A DNA stretch of 63,451 bases, filler included, from Octopus bimaculoides (Eukaryota): assembly GCF_001194135.2 (NCBI RefSeq). It is 12 parts of 11 records of this genome, joined end to end, with 100 filler letters (N's around TTAATTAATTAA, not from the genome) between each part and the next. Parts side by side here need not be neighbours in the genome. Positions count along the whole stretch, not along the records: positions 62,350 to 63,451 come from NW_026334959.1; 11 more parts are not named here. One strand, 5' to 3'. A model generated the notes under the pieces. It was not told the DNA's origin. It saw only the letters and a list, made by a program, of their open reading frames with translations, and ran no database searches. Made by a program: the position numbers and the translations under genes. Below are positions 62,250 to 63,451 of this stretch, in pieces (within the stretch, counting starts at the first letter, position 1; every line of letters starts with the position of its first letter).

Positions 62250-62461
62250 NNNNNNNNNNNNNNNNNNNNNNNNNNNNNNNNNNNNNNNNNNNNTTAATTA
62301 ATTAANNNNNNNNNNNNNNNNNNNNNNNNNNNNNNNNNNNNNNNNNNNNATACATACATGTATATATACATATATATATATATATACATATAAATATACA
62401 TACATATTTATATACATATATATATATACATATATATACATACATATACATATATATACAT

Positions 62462-62506
<45 letters not shown>

Positions 62507-62683
62507 AACATATAAATACAAACACATATACATACATATATATATAAATATATACATATATATATATAAACATATATATATATACATATAAACATATATA
62601 TATATATATATATATATACATATTTATATACATATATATACATACATATACATATATATACATATATAAGCACACACACACAC

Positions 62684-62720
<37 letters not shown>

Positions 62721-62870
62721 TACATATATATACAAATATACATACACATATATACATACACATATACCTAAATATATATACATAGATATATATACATCCA
62801 CAGATATATATACATATATATTGTTAATCATATAATATATATTCAATGAGTATACAAGATCCGCGATTAT

Positions 62871-63040
62871 ATATTATAAAATAAGAGCAGGAAAATTACA
62901 TTTAAAAAAAAACTCTTAAAGTAATTAAATAATCATATTTTATATATTTATACATCCATCTATTAATACAATATTATTTTGGACGTATATCTTCTGTGAC
63001 GATTTCTTGATGTAAGTTTCCTGCTTTTATTTTATAATAT
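62871..63040. repeat. Small inverted repeat (31-bp arms, 2 mismatches, ~108-bp spacer)
   Basis: ATATTATAAAATAAGAGCAGGAAAATTACAT (62871-62901) / ATGTAAGTTTCCTGCTTTTATTTTATAATAT (63010-63040). Confidence 0.75.
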
Positions 63041-63451
63041 AATATATATGTACACGCATATATATTTACATATTTAAATATATATTCACATTCATATACT
63101 AATATATATTTATATACATACAGATACACACACATACATATAAATATATACACACATATATAAAACACTTTATGATATAGAAATACACGTGCTTCTGCAG
63201 TTTTCACTTCTAATCCGTTATGCTGATAAATTATAAAAATAAAATAATTTACCAACATAACACAAAAGAGCTCTCCCCGCTGTTTATATGTAAGCGACCC
63301 TTTGTTGTAAACCACACGAGTTTTCTGAATAAAATGTAAATATAACCACGCGCTCGAGAAAAAAGATCTACAATTACTAGGAGCATGACTGATGCTTATC
63401 CGGTAGAGATGGACTATATGTAATCTGAACCTTTCCCCCCCCCTTATTTAT

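Noticed and set aside
10086-62305. TTAATTAATTAA recurring about 11 times at irregular spacing (10086, 23269, 25544, 31520, 32936, 38322, 44224, 46538, 51909, 55229, 62294)
   Set aside because: It is always embedded in N runs and gives stops in all six frames, so it is an assembly spacer and not a CRISPR repeat or biological motif.

Overview
AT-rich, microsatellite-dense, gappy eukaryotic DNA. The SINE families and the TTAATTAATTAA gap spacers point to a cephalopod draft assembly, most likely Octopus (inference). There is no prokaryotic content, CRISPR array or rRNA. Most of the window looks intronic or intergenic and is filled with tRNA-derived SINEs, LINE fragments (RTE, R4/Dong-like, CR1-like), DNA transposon remnants (maT/DD37D, mariner, pogo-like, hAT) and several Penelope-like element (PLE) fragments (one RT, three GIY-YIG). 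The clearest host-gene evidence is two in-phase ankyrin-repeat exons (57827-57978, 60062-60110; Mind-bomb-2-like). A minus-strand ORF with two Pif/BMSP-type chitin-binding-like repeats (39857-40296) may be a nested gene. The most striking signal, read by eye, is a set of about 9 type-I hammerhead ribozyme (HHR) motifs from about six sequence families. All have the minimal palindromic stem III typical of PLEs. Most sit inside short fold-back (long inverted repeat) elements at 12.6-13.8, 33.7-34.3, 37.9-38.2 and 52.0-52.5 kb, and a related hairpin at 33.0 kb turns next to the predicted cleavage position of one family. This suggests a family of non-autonomous, ribozyme-bearing palindromic retroelements. 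All calls were made without tools. Repeat boundaries are approximate (about 10-30 bp), and most ORFs in the supplied track are microsatellite or N-gap artefacts.
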